From: Edaphobacter aggregans
Lineage (GTDB): Bacteria; Acidobacteriota; Terriglobia; Terriglobales; Acidobacteriaceae
Length of the DNA: 32,000 bases
NCBI RefSeq assembly: GCF_003945235.1
Contig: NZ_RSDW01000001.1
Location: 5,790,001 to 5,822,000 of the forward strand
Direction: 5' to 3'
Made by a program: the position numbers and the translations under genes. The notes under the pieces are model-generated. The model saw only the letters and a list, made by a program, of their open reading frames with translations, made no database searches and had not been told where the DNA came from. Each line of letters begins with the position of its first letter. Position 1 is the stretch's first letter. Shown here one piece after another: positions 24,115 to 32,000 of this stretch.

Positions 24115-25635
24115 CTACTTCAAAACATAAATCCGATATCCATTGGGCCATTGCTGGCGACTCCACCAGTGATCCGGACGGCTTGGACTCCAATCCGTCT
24201 TCAACGAATAGTCCTTGGCAAGATAGTCCGCAAACTCCGGCCACTTCGCAAGCTTCATGTAATGGTCGGGCCCATCGATATGGAGCCAGCTGCTCACAAC
24301 AATAACCTGCGGCGGATTGTCGGCCATTGCCTTGTTAAATTGTTCGCGAGTCATGTGAACAACGGGCGTTGTGTCAGGACCGAAAAGCAGAAAATCAGAG
24401 AGCACTCCAGTCGACTGGACCAGTCGCATCTTGTAAAGCGTCGAACCACACCCCGAGATCGAGTCTATACATTGAATATGTCCTGAGAGCTTTGAACCGC
24501 CAAGCGCTTCGAGATCCTGATCAAGCGAGGAGATAAAGTCCGTGTGCGTCTCATAGCGATGAATCAAAAATGCTGAGACCGGAGCGATGATCAGTGCCCC
24601 AGTCACCAAGCCAGCAGCAGCGATAACTCGAATCGCCAGTGCCAGCTTCCCCGACGTCGATCGCCACGCAGCAGTGAAATCCAACGCCATAAGCGGAAGC
24701 AAAAACACCAGCAACGGGTAGCGATAGTACGGATAGCCGCGCGCCTGAACAACATAAGAGATAAGTCCGAATCCAACCCCGCAAAACAGAGCGGCTCGCT
24801 CCCAGTTCAGCCGAGGCCTCTGAACCGCAATCAAAACAATCCAAATCAGCACAAGAGGCAGCAGCGGCGAGACGCTGTGGAGAAGCAGAAAGCCCAGCGG
24901 CTTATGCCCGAGACTTGCGTAATACGGAACGATCCCGAACAAGCCACCGACAAAGGCCGCGATGGCATGTTTCTCCCAAAGAAAGACCAGAGCCATGATT
25001 GGCCCGACGAAAAAAGTAATCGACGCGGACACAGCGTGCGTATAAACCGTCTGTCCCCGTCGTCGCAAAGTAAAAATGGCCATCAGCAGCAAAACCGCTC
25101 CAAACGGCAGAATGGTCGGCTTAATCGTTGCCGCCACTCCGGCGAAAAGCCCGAACAGCGCAGTAGACCAGGGGCGGTTTCTCCGCACTCCATGGAGAAG
25201 GAAGGCCGTCGCAACCAGGAGGCAGATAGCCATCGTAAAGTCACGCTGGCCCGCCTGCCCCAGACCATCCCGCCCGTGGACTAGGATGAGCAGAGCGGCA
25301 GCGAAGCATCCGGCAAACCAGTCATATGGCAGCGTGATGGCAAAGATGGCCAGGGCAGCGATGACCATAAGAGCGAAGTCAAAGACACGCCACGCCAACT
25401 CTCCTCCGCCGAGCGTGTGCATCACAGCCCACTCGATCATGTAGGCCCCGGGCATATTCATATCGCCCAGGTCACGATACGGGGCCATGCCATGGTCCAT
25501 CAGAAAGCTGATGTAATGGATTAGAGATGCATCCCCAACCAGAGGCCAATGCCGGCTCCAGAAGAAGAACAACACAACGCAGAGCGCCATGCTGCAACAC
25601 ATCACCAGCTTGGGAGCGCGTTCAATCGACCGCAT
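24115..25635 (-). CDS. GT-C fold membrane glycosyltransferase (ArnT/PMT_2-like)
   Basis: There are more than 10 hydrophobic helices, an early loop APYRDLGDMNMPG, and a C-terminal soluble domain. I prefer the ATG at 25635. The ORF-track start at 25725 would leave only 24 nt to the divergent gene. Confidence 0.7.
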   Translation of the reverse strand: MRSIERAPKLVMCCSMALCVVLFFFWSRHWPLVGDASLIHYISFLMDHGMAPYRDLGDMNMPGAYMIEWAVMHTLGGGELAWRVFDFALMVIAALAIFAITLPYDWFAGCFAAALLILVHGRDGLGQAGQRDFTMAICLLVATAFLLHGVRRNRPWSTALFGLFAGVAATIKPTILPFGAVLLLMAIFTLRRRGQTVYTHAVSASITFFVGPIMALVFLWEKHAIAAFVGGLFGIVPYYASLGHKPLGFLLLHSVSPLLPLVLIWIVLIAVQRPRLNWERAALFCGVGFGLISYVVQARGYPYYRYPLLVFLLPLMALDFTAAWRSTSGKLALAIRVIAAAGLVTGALIIAPVSAFLIHRYETHTDFISSLDQDLEALGGSKLSGHIQCIDSISGCGSTLYKMRLVQSTGVLSDFLLFGPDTTPVVHMTREQFNKAMADNPPQVIVVSSWLHIDGPDHYMKLAKWPEFADYLAKDYSLKTDWSPSRPDHWWSRQQWPNGYRIYVLK

Positions 25636-25749
25636 GGCTATAGAGCCTCGCAGCGAGTATAGTGGCCACCGTCCTCCGCCACTAGCAAATTTCTTGGCCC
25701 CAATTACGAATCGGGGAATGGCCATTTCACGCTGATAGACTTACCAACT

Positions 25750-26889
25750 ATGAAGCACATGCCGAGATGGGTTTTGTTCGTTGCGTCTCTTTTCTGTTTC
25801 GTGGTTTCTTCTTTCAGTCAAACGCCTTTGCAGCCTCCGGCGAACCCAGCCGCTACTTGGCAGACAATCAAGCCTGAAGATGCCGGGTACTCCAGTGCCC
25901 GACTCGAAGCCCTCCACTCCTGGCTTCAAACCGGCCAGACTTCTGCCATGATCGTCGTCGTCCACGGCAAGATCATCTTTCAGTACGGCGACCTCGCACA
26001 TGCCAGCAAGATCGCCTCCATGCGCAAGAGCGTCCTCGGCATGCTCTATGGCAGCTACGTCGTATCCGGAAAGATAGACCTCAGCAAAACCGTCAAGCAG
26101 CTTGGCCTCGACGACAACGAGCCCTTCCTCCCCATCGAAGAGCACGCCACGCTCGAGCAACTCCTCGCCGCACGCTCTGGTATCTATCTTCCATCTGGCA
26201 ACAAGAACCTCGATCAATACGCGCCCAGGCGCGGCTCCCAGTATCCCGGCACCTTCTTCGACTACAACAACTGGGACTTCAACGCTGCCGGAACTGCCTT
26301 CGAAAAACTTACCGGCAAAAACATCTACGATGCCGTCCAGACCGACCTCGCCCAGCCGCTCCACATGCAGGACTATGATCGCGCCGCCCAGCACAGCATC
26401 CCCGCCCCGCCCTCCCGGCACGCCGAATACGCCATGTCTCTCTCCGCGCGCGACCTTGCCCGTCTTGGCCTACTCATGCTCCGCCTCGGCAACTGGGACG
26501 GCAAGCAGATCATGTCGCCCGACTGGATCCGTTACATGACAACCCCAACCACTCGCTTCGAGCAGATGTATCCAACTTCGTTGCGTGAGCCCGGCCTTCC
26601 TGAACGATGGGGATACGGAGTTCTATGGTGGGTCTGGGATGCGCCGGTCTACCCTGGCCCAATCTACGCCAGCCCCTTCGCGGGTGCCTACACAGCCCGC
26701 GGTTCAGGGGGCCAGTTCGTCACGGTCCTTCCTTTTTTCGACATGGTCGTCGTCCACACTGTAGACATCGACAAAGACCCGAAAGCAAATGTCTCTGTCC
26801 AAAATGGAGATGCCATCCTCAACATGGTTCTCGCCTCAGTCTGCGAGGGCCCCTGCCCCCAGCCCAACTTAAAGGCGCTGGCACACTGA
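25750..26889 (+). CDS. Exported serine hydrolase of the beta-lactamase/PBP-like family
   Basis: The signal peptide ends at SFS-QT. The S-x-x-K motif is SMRKS, the Y-x-N motif is YNN, and a later RGSGGQF is present. Confidence 0.85.
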   Translation: MKHMPRWVLFVASLFCFVVSSFSQTPLQPPANPAATWQTIKPEDAGYSSARLEALHSWLQTGQTSAMIVVVHGKIIFQYGDLAHASKIASMRKSVLGMLYGSYVVSGKIDLSKTVKQLGLDDNEPFLPIEEHATLEQLLAARSGIYLPSGNKNLDQYAPRRGSQYPGTFFDYNNWDFNAAGTAFEKLTGKNIYDAVQTDLAQPLHMQDYDRAAQHSIPAPPSRHAEYAMSLSARDLARLGLLMLRLGNWDGKQIMSPDWIRYMTTPTTRFEQMYPTSLREPGLPERWGYGVLWWVWDAPVYPGPIYASPFAGAYTARGSGGQFVTVLPFFDMVVVHTVDIDKDPKANVSVQNGDAILNMVLASVCEGPCPQPNLKALAH

Positions 26890-26897
26890 GATACTCG

Positions 26898-27473
26898 TCA
26901 ATCAGGCAACCCATTCCCATCCGTCTTCAACGTCTGCGTAGAAAACTTACCCAGATAAGCCGACAGGCTCCCATCGCTCCTCAGGATAAACACGCACCCA
27001 TCCTGCCAGATTCCATCCAGAGCCCGAAACTGCCCCGGAGGATCTCCCTGGTTGCAATGAATATCATGCACACCCTTCCCGGTCGTATACGGAGCTCCGA
27101 ACACATAAACCTTCGTGGAACTCTTCAACAGCGCAACCAAAGCCTCACCCGCCTCATTCCCCGTGACATTTATCCACGTCGGCTTCAGCGCCTTCGTCAG
27201 GATCGGACTGCGGGCATAGTCCATGGCCCCCGAACTCGCATTCGATTTCAGGGTATGCCACCCATCCTTCAGCTTCGAGTCCACCGCAAACAGAGTGTGA
27301 TCAAGCCCATTCAAAATCTGATACTGAAACAGTCCATTAGGCTCATTCACATCAACCGCAGCCTGATACTTCACCCCGGCAGCTTCGACATTCATGACCA
27401 CATGCATCCATTTGCCCTGCTCCGTCGAGTAGCTCCCAGACTGTCCGATGACGACGCCATAACTCGGAAGCAT
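26898..27473 (-). CDS. DUF2278 (YukJ-like) family protein
   Basis: The N-terminus is YGVVIGQ. Further motifs are YQAAVDVNEPNGLFQYQIL and GVHDIHCNQGDPPGQF...GIWQDGCVFI, which matches the remembered YukJ HMNQG/QDG signature. Confidence 0.7.
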   Translation of the reverse strand: MLPSYGVVIGQSGSYSTEQGKWMHVVMNVEAAGVKYQAAVDVNEPNGLFQYQILNGLDHTLFAVDSKLKDGWHTLKSNASSGAMDYARSPILTKALKPTWINVTGNEAGEALVALLKSSTKVYVFGAPYTTGKGVHDIHCNQGDPPGQFRALDGIWQDGCVFILRSDGSLSAYLGKFSTQTLKTDGNGLPD

Positions 27474-27626
27474 TATCCCTCCTAACTCAGTCGCCCACCT
27501 CAGCGCCGATCATACTGCACACACTGACCACACATGAAACCACCCCTCTCCATTGCAGATCCGATCCTTTTCCACAGTCCATTCCTTGACGCCCCTGTTA
27601 GTCTTAAATCAGAAGAGAACCGCAAA

Positions 27627-27657
27627 AGCCCAGCCACAAACTGGGCTTTCGCATTTT
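27627..27657 (+). terminator. Terminator-like hairpin in a divergent intergenic region
   Basis: The stem is agcccag (27627-27633) and ctgggct (27641-27647) with a 7-nt loop. It is followed by ttcgcatttt, an interrupted U-tract. No upstream + strand gene ends here. Confidence 0.35.
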
Positions 27658-27683
27658 GACCAAGACGCAAAAGGTCCAGACCG

Positions 27684-27717
27684 AAGTCCAGACTTAAGTC
27701 TTATCTTTCGAAGACTT
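27684..27717. promoter_or_regulatory. Nested inverted repeats built from AAGTC/GACTT upstream of the MFS gene (candidate operator)
   Basis: The sequence is AAGTCcAGACTTAAGTCTtatctttcgAAGACTT. The core AGACTTAAGTCT (27690-27701) is a perfect 12-bp palindrome. It lies 35-70 nt upstream of the strong SD at 27733-27743. Confidence 0.35.
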
Positions 27718-27800
27718 TGCATACTTTAAGGTAGGAGGGGGAGTATCAGCATGGAACACAAAACCATCGACCAGCCGGTCCCTGCTATCCTTCCCCAAAG

Positions 27801-29054
27801 ATGCCCTCCGCAACCAAACCCACCCGCACCGCCTCCGTCGCCGGAGCGACGACTGCTCTCGTCCTCCTCACAGCTTTAAACTTCGTCAACTACATCGATC
27901 GCTACATCCTCCCCGGCGTCCAGGAGCAGATCAAAGGCGAGTTCCACCTCTCCGACGAGCACATCGGAGCCCTCACCTTCTGGTTCATGATCGCCTACAT
28001 GCTCACCTCGCCCATCACCGGCTGGCTGGGCGACCGCTTCCCCCGCAAGCCCATGATCGTCCTCGCCGCCCTCTTCTGGAGCGGCATCAATTTCTTTACC
28101 GCCAGCGTCCACTCCTACAACTCGCTCAACATCCGCCACGCCGCCCTCGGCATCGGCGAAGCCAGTTTTGGCATCTTCGCCCCCGCGCTCCTCGCCGACT
28201 TCTACGAGCCCGATCAGCGCAATCGAGTCCTCACCATCTTCAACATAGCCATCCCTGTAGGCGCCGCTCTGGGCTACCTCGTCGGCGGAACCGTCGGCGA
28301 GCGCTACGGCTGGCGCATGTCCTTCATAGTCTCTGCCATCCCCGGAGCCCTCATAGCGCTCCTAATAGCCTTCTTCATGAAGGAGCCAGCCCGAGGTGCC
28401 AGCCAGCACGATAAAGCAAAGTTGGAGAAGGGAACCATCCTCTCTCTCATCAAGAACAAGGCCTACCTCTCCTCCATCCTCGGATACGCCGCCGTCACCT
28501 TCTCCCTCGGAGGCATCTCCTGGTGGATGCCCTCCTTCCTCCAGCGCGTCGACGGCCGCAGCCAATCCTCGGCAGCCTTCCTCATGGGAGCCATCACCGT
28601 AGTCACCGGCCTTGGCGGCACCATCACCGGAGGCATCATCGCCCAGCGCTGGTCCCGCAAGACCTCGAAGGCCCTCTACTTCGTCCCCGCTATCAGCGCC
28701 GCCCTCGCCGTCCCGCCGGCACTGGTCTGCTTCTTCGGCCCCAAATCCCTCACCATCCCCAGCCTCGCCATCGCCATCTTCCTGATCTTCCTCGGCACCG
28801 GCCCTGTCAACGCAGCCACTGTCAACGCCGTACGTCCCGAGATCCGCGCCACCGCCCTCGCCGGCCAACTCCTCGTTATCCACGCCCTCGGCGACGCCCT
28901 ATCCCCCCGTGTCATCGGAGCCGTCAGCGACCGTAGCACCCTCAATCTCGGTCTCGGATCGACTCTCATCACGCTCGTCCTGGCCTCCATCATCTTCTTC
29001 ATAGGTTCACGCTACGCCCCACCCCTCTTTACGCAAGAATCCGCAACCGTCTGA
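27801..29054 (+). CDS. MFS transporter (Spinster-like subfamily)
   Basis: 417 aa with about 12 TM helices. Motifs are LNFVNYIDRYILPGV and GWLGDRFPRKPMI, an MFS motif-A-like loop. Confidence 0.9.
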   Translation: MPSATKPTRTASVAGATTALVLLTALNFVNYIDRYILPGVQEQIKGEFHLSDEHIGALTFWFMIAYMLTSPITGWLGDRFPRKPMIVLAALFWSGINFFTASVHSYNSLNIRHAALGIGEASFGIFAPALLADFYEPDQRNRVLTIFNIAIPVGAALGYLVGGTVGERYGWRMSFIVSAIPGALIALLIAFFMKEPARGASQHDKAKLEKGTILSLIKNKAYLSSILGYAAVTFSLGGISWWMPSFLQRVDGRSQSSAAFLMGAITVVTGLGGTITGGIIAQRWSRKTSKALYFVPAISAALAVPPALVCFFGPKSLTIPSLAIAIFLIFLGTGPVNAATVNAVRPEIRATALAGQLLVIHALGDALSPRVIGAVSDRSTLNLGLGSTLITLVLASIIFFIGSRYAPPLFTQESATV

Positions 29055-29087
29055 CCTCACACCTCATCGAAACCGCAGGAGCCAATA

Positions 29088-29873
29088 ATGAACATTACCT
29101 TCCCCGGAGAATCCTCGGAATACCGTGCAGCTCGCAACCGCCTCCTCGATGAAGAGATCAACCTCCGCCGCGCCATGGAATCCGTGGCCGCCGCCCGCCG
29201 CAATCTGCCTCCCGGCGGCCCCATCCCCGAGGACTACGTCTTCGACGCCCTCGACTCCACAGGCATCCTCATCAAAATCAAGCTCTCCCAGCTCTTCGGT
29301 CCCGGCCAAGACTCGCTCGTCATCTACAACTTCATGTTCCCGCGTCAACCACAGGACGAGCGCCCCGCCCCCACCCAGGGTGCGACCGCTCAACTCAAGC
29401 GCGAAGACACTCCATGCCCCTCCTGCACAGCCCTGCTCGACTCGCTCGACCGCACCGCCAAACACCTAGTAGACGCCGGCCTCAACTTCGTCGTCATCGC
29501 CAAAGCCCCCATCGACCGCATCGTCACTTACGCACGCGAACGCGGCTGGAGCAACCTCCGTCTCCTCTCCGCCGCCAACAACAACTTCAAGCGCGACTAC
29601 CACGCCGAGTCGCCCGAAGGCTTCCAACTCCCTCTCATCACCGTCTTCCGTCGCGACGGCGACCAGGTCCGCCACTTCTGGACCTCCGAGATGCTCTTCG
29701 CCCCATCCGACCCAGGACAGGATCCTCGACACAACGGCACGATCGAACAGATCTGGAATCTCTTCGACTTCACCCCCGAAGGCCGCCCCGCCAGCTGGCA
29801 CGAGCAGGTCGATTACGACTGCTGCCACCACGACACCAAAACCTACGACGACTTACGACTCATCACCTCTTAG
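29088..29873 (+). CDS. DUF899 thioredoxin-like family protein
   Basis: AGGAG lies 8 nt before the ATG. The N-terminal signature is FPGESSEYRAARNRLLDEEINLRRAMESVAAARRNLPPGG...DYVF. A C-P-S-C motif is present. Confidence 0.85.
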   Translation: MNITFPGESSEYRAARNRLLDEEINLRRAMESVAAARRNLPPGGPIPEDYVFDALDSTGILIKIKLSQLFGPGQDSLVIYNFMFPRQPQDERPAPTQGATAQLKREDTPCPSCTALLDSLDRTAKHLVDAGLNFVVIAKAPIDRIVTYARERGWSNLRLLSAANNNFKRDYHAESPEGFQLPLITVFRRDGDQVRHFWTSEMLFAPSDPGQDPRHNGTIEQIWNLFDFTPEGRPASWHEQVDYDCCHHDTKTYDDLRLITS

Positions 29874-29880
29874 CCACGCA

Positions 29881-31071
29881 TTGCCCCACTCCCTTCAATC
29901 CGTCCTCACAGCCTTGGCATGGCTCATCGCGCTCGCCTGGCTCTGGAAGGCCATCACCGCAGCCCGAGGTATACCCCAGCTCCCCAACCTCTGCGACCCG
30001 CAATACAACCTGACCCCCACCGGCAGCCCTACCATCACCGTCATCGTCCCCGCCCGCAACGAGTCCGCCGACATCACCGCCACCCTCGAATCCCTTCTCA
30101 ACCAGGACTATCCCAACCTGCAAATCCTCGCCGTCAACGACCGCTCCACCGACACCACCGGCACCCTCATGGACGGCCTCTCCGCCCAGCACCCTCAAAA
30201 ACTCCGCACACTCCACATCACCGAACTCCCCCCCGGATGGCTAGGCAAGACCCACGCCATGGCCCTCGCCGCACGCCACGCCATCGCTATTCACCACCCC
30301 GACTACCTCCTATTTACTGACGCCGACATCGTCTTCCACCGCGAAGTCATCCGCCGATCCCTGGCCCACGCTGTAGCAACCCAGGCCGACCACTTCGTCA
30401 CCTTCCCCACCCCCCTCATCAAAACCCCCGGCGAAGGAATGCTCCTTGGCTACCTCCAGGTCATGGGCCTCTGGGCCACCCGCCCCTGGCGAGCCGCCGA
30501 CCCCAAATCCATCCGCGACTCCATCGGCATAGGAGCCTTCAACCTCCTTCGCACACCCGTCTACCAACAACTCGGCGGCTTCGACGCCCTCCGCATGGAG
30601 ATACTCGAAGACCTCACCCTGGCTCGTCGCGTCAAACAAGCCGGCCTCCGCCAGCGAGTCGTCATCGCTCCCGGCATGGTCACCCTCCACTGGGCCGCCG
30701 GAGCCATGGGCATCGTCAACGTCATGACGAAAAATCTCTATGCCGTCTTCCGTTTCCGTACTTCGTTCCTTCTGCTTACCTGTCTCTGGCTCACCCTCTT
30801 TTGCCTCGGCCCCATAGTCTTCCTGGCCCTCCCAGAGACCCGCACACCCGCCATCCTTACCCTGGTCGCAATCATCATCCTCTACATATTCTCCAGCCGC
30901 CACTCCAGAATCTCCCCTTGGTACGCCACCCTCTTCCCAGCTGGAGCCACCCTCTTCCTCTACTCCATCCTCCGTTCCGTCATTACCACCCTCAAAGCTG
31001 GAGGCGTGACCTGGCGAGGAACCTTCTACCCCCTAACCGAGCTCCGCAAAAACGCCACACCCCTCCGCTAG
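29881..31071 (+). CDS. Family 2 glycosyltransferase with N- and C-terminal TM helices
   Basis: Motifs are ITVIVPARNES, LLNQDYPNLQILAVNDRSTD and LLFTDADI (DxD). The C-terminal helices are hydrophobic. The TTG start at 29881 has no obvious SD and is uncertain. Confidence 0.85.
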   Translation: MPHSLQSVLTALAWLIALAWLWKAITAARGIPQLPNLCDPQYNLTPTGSPTITVIVPARNESADITATLESLLNQDYPNLQILAVNDRSTDTTGTLMDGLSAQHPQKLRTLHITELPPGWLGKTHAMALAARHAIAIHHPDYLLFTDADIVFHREVIRRSLAHAVATQADHFVTFPTPLIKTPGEGMLLGYLQVMGLWATRPWRAADPKSIRDSIGIGAFNLLRTPVYQQLGGFDALRMEILEDLTLARRVKQAGLRQRVVIAPGMVTLHWAAGAMGIVNVMTKNLYAVFRFRTSFLLLTCLWLTLFCLGPIVFLALPETRTPAILTLVAIIILYIFSSRHSRISPWYATLFPAGATLFLYSILRSVITTLKAGGVTWRGTFYPLTELRKNATPLR

Positions 31072-31265
31072 CCTTTCAATCCGTCATTCTGACCCCGAGC
31101 TTGCCGAAGTGGAAGAATCCCTGTATTTGCCTTTGTCGTTGCGACCACCCTGGCTCTAAAACCTGTCAAGTCCAAACTCAAGTATCTGACACAAAACAAA
31201 TAACATCCGCGTGGCATAGCAATTCCATCGGATTCGCTATAATAGGTAGAAGAGCCAATAAATAA

Positions 31266-31299
31266 AGCCCCGGACTTAATTCGGGGCTTTTTCTTTTTC
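31266..31299. terminator. Bidirectional intrinsic terminator
   Basis: The stem is agccccg (31266-31272) and cggggct (31282-31288) with a 9-nt loop. It is followed by tttttctttttc on the + strand and by tttatttatt on the - strand. It sits between the convergent GT2 and ispG genes. Confidence 0.7.
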
Positions 31300-31451
31300 T
31301 TATAAACTATTCAAAATAGATACTTTATAGATAAAGTATCTGAAATGAATGCTTTGCGGATCAAGTCCGAATCTAAACGATTTGTTTAGAATACTTTGCA
31401 CCAAAACATCCCAGAGGGGAAGGTACAGATGCGGTATCAAATTGAGAGCAG

Positions 31452-32000
31452 TTATGCCTCGACCAGCACCCGCCCATACCGTTTCTCGACATACTCATCA
31501 AGAATCGCCTGGAACTCCTCGACGATCCTGTCGCCCTTTAACGTAGTGAACAGCTTCCCATCCACATAAACCGGAGCCTTGGGCTCTTCAAATGTCCCCG
31601 GCAGCGAGATGCCAATATTCGCGTGCTTCGACTCGCCCGGCCCATTCACGATGCAGCCCATCACAGCCAGCTTCAGCTCCTCGACACCCGCATACTGCTT
31701 CTTCCACTCCGGCATCTGCTCAACCAGATAACCCTGAATCCGCTCCGCCAGCTCCTGGAAGTAGGTCGAAGTAGTCCGCCCGCACCCAGGGCAGCTAGTC
31801 ACCTGCGGCATAAAGCTGCGAATCCCCAGCGACTGCAGAATCTGCTGTCCACACCGAACCTCCTCCGACCGGTCCCCACCCGGAGTAGGCGTCAAACTAA
31901 CCCGGATCGTGTCCCCGATCCCCGAGAGCAGCAAAGGAGCCAGCCCGGCAGCCGAAGCCACAACTCCCTTCATCCCCATGCCGGCCTCGGTCAGCCCAAG
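31452..32000 (-). CDS. ispG: 4-hydroxy-3-methylbut-2-enyl diphosphate synthase, C-terminal part (5' end outside window)
   Basis: The frame is open to the window edge ([19 protein letters not shown]...). The Fe-S ligand region is [10 protein letters not shown]...[24 protein letters not shown]. Confidence 0.92.
   Translation of the reverse strand, partial: LGLTEAGMGMKGVVASAAGLAPLLLSGIGDTIRVSLTPTPGGDRSEEVRCGQQILQSLGIRSFMPQVTSCPGCGRTTSTYFQELAERIQGYLVEQMPEWKKQYAGVEELKLAVMGCIVNGPGESKHANIGISLPGTFEEPKAPVYVDGKLFTTLKGDRIVEEFQAILDEYVEKRYGRVLVEA

Noticed and set aside
25741-30903. Many long antisense or alternative-frame ORFs in the high-GC right block (for example 25741-26421, 26607-27485, 28362-28883, 29414-30013, 30310-30903)
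   Set aside because: High GC and a strong third-position bias suppress stop codons in shadow frames. Their translations are Arg/Pro/Gly-rich. Each overlaps a gene with clear family motifs.

Overview
This is a bacterial chromosomal segment. The gene content (a TonB-receptor C-terminus, DUF3300/DUF2950, DUF4136/DUF481, many Sec-exported proteins) suggests an Acidobacteriota-like soil organism. That is inference from memory and cannot be verified here. I found no rRNA, tRNA, CRISPR array, transposase or integrase.

The window has two compositionally different parts.

(1) Bases 1 to about 21.8 kb have visibly lower GC and mixed third codon positions. This part is packed with outer-membrane and exported proteins: three beta-barrels with coiled-coil N-termini, a MetA-like channel, an OmpA-like protein, DUF481, DUF4136 and DUF3300-DUF2950. 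It also holds a signal-peptide-bearing GlsA glutaminase, an exported amidohydrolase, and a DyP-peroxidase operon containing two unrecognised proteins.

(2) Bases 22.47 to 32 kb have higher GC, and the + strand is strongly C-rich regardless of gene orientation. This part carries core-type genes: queF, a GT-C glycosyltransferase, a serine hydrolase, DUF2278, an MFS transporter, DUF899, a GT2 glycosyltransferase and ispG.

The most interesting signal is a 16-bp 7-2-7 palindrome, CTAGGGA-TT-TCCCTAG.
- It occurs seven times, only in intergenic DNA of the left part.
- Its central TT is always on the sense strand of the downstream gene.
- It always directly abuts a -35-like TTGnnn hexamer, followed by a 17-nt spacer and a -10-like hexamer.
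This looks like the operator or activator box of an undescribed regulon. The regulon would tie together a receiver-only response regulator, the porin-glutaminase pair, the DyP operon, DUF3300-DUF2950, an unknown membrane protein, and the OmpA/DUF4136/DUF481 genes.

Other observations:
- a decayed relic of a glutaminase 3' end;
- a 1-nt frameshift that cuts the last helix off a BASS-type transporter;
- inverted porin paralogs;
- a strong SD that serves only a 3-codon mini-ORF;
- an out-of-frame uORF ahead of the MFS gene.

All family names come from motif recognition by eye and need HMM confirmation.
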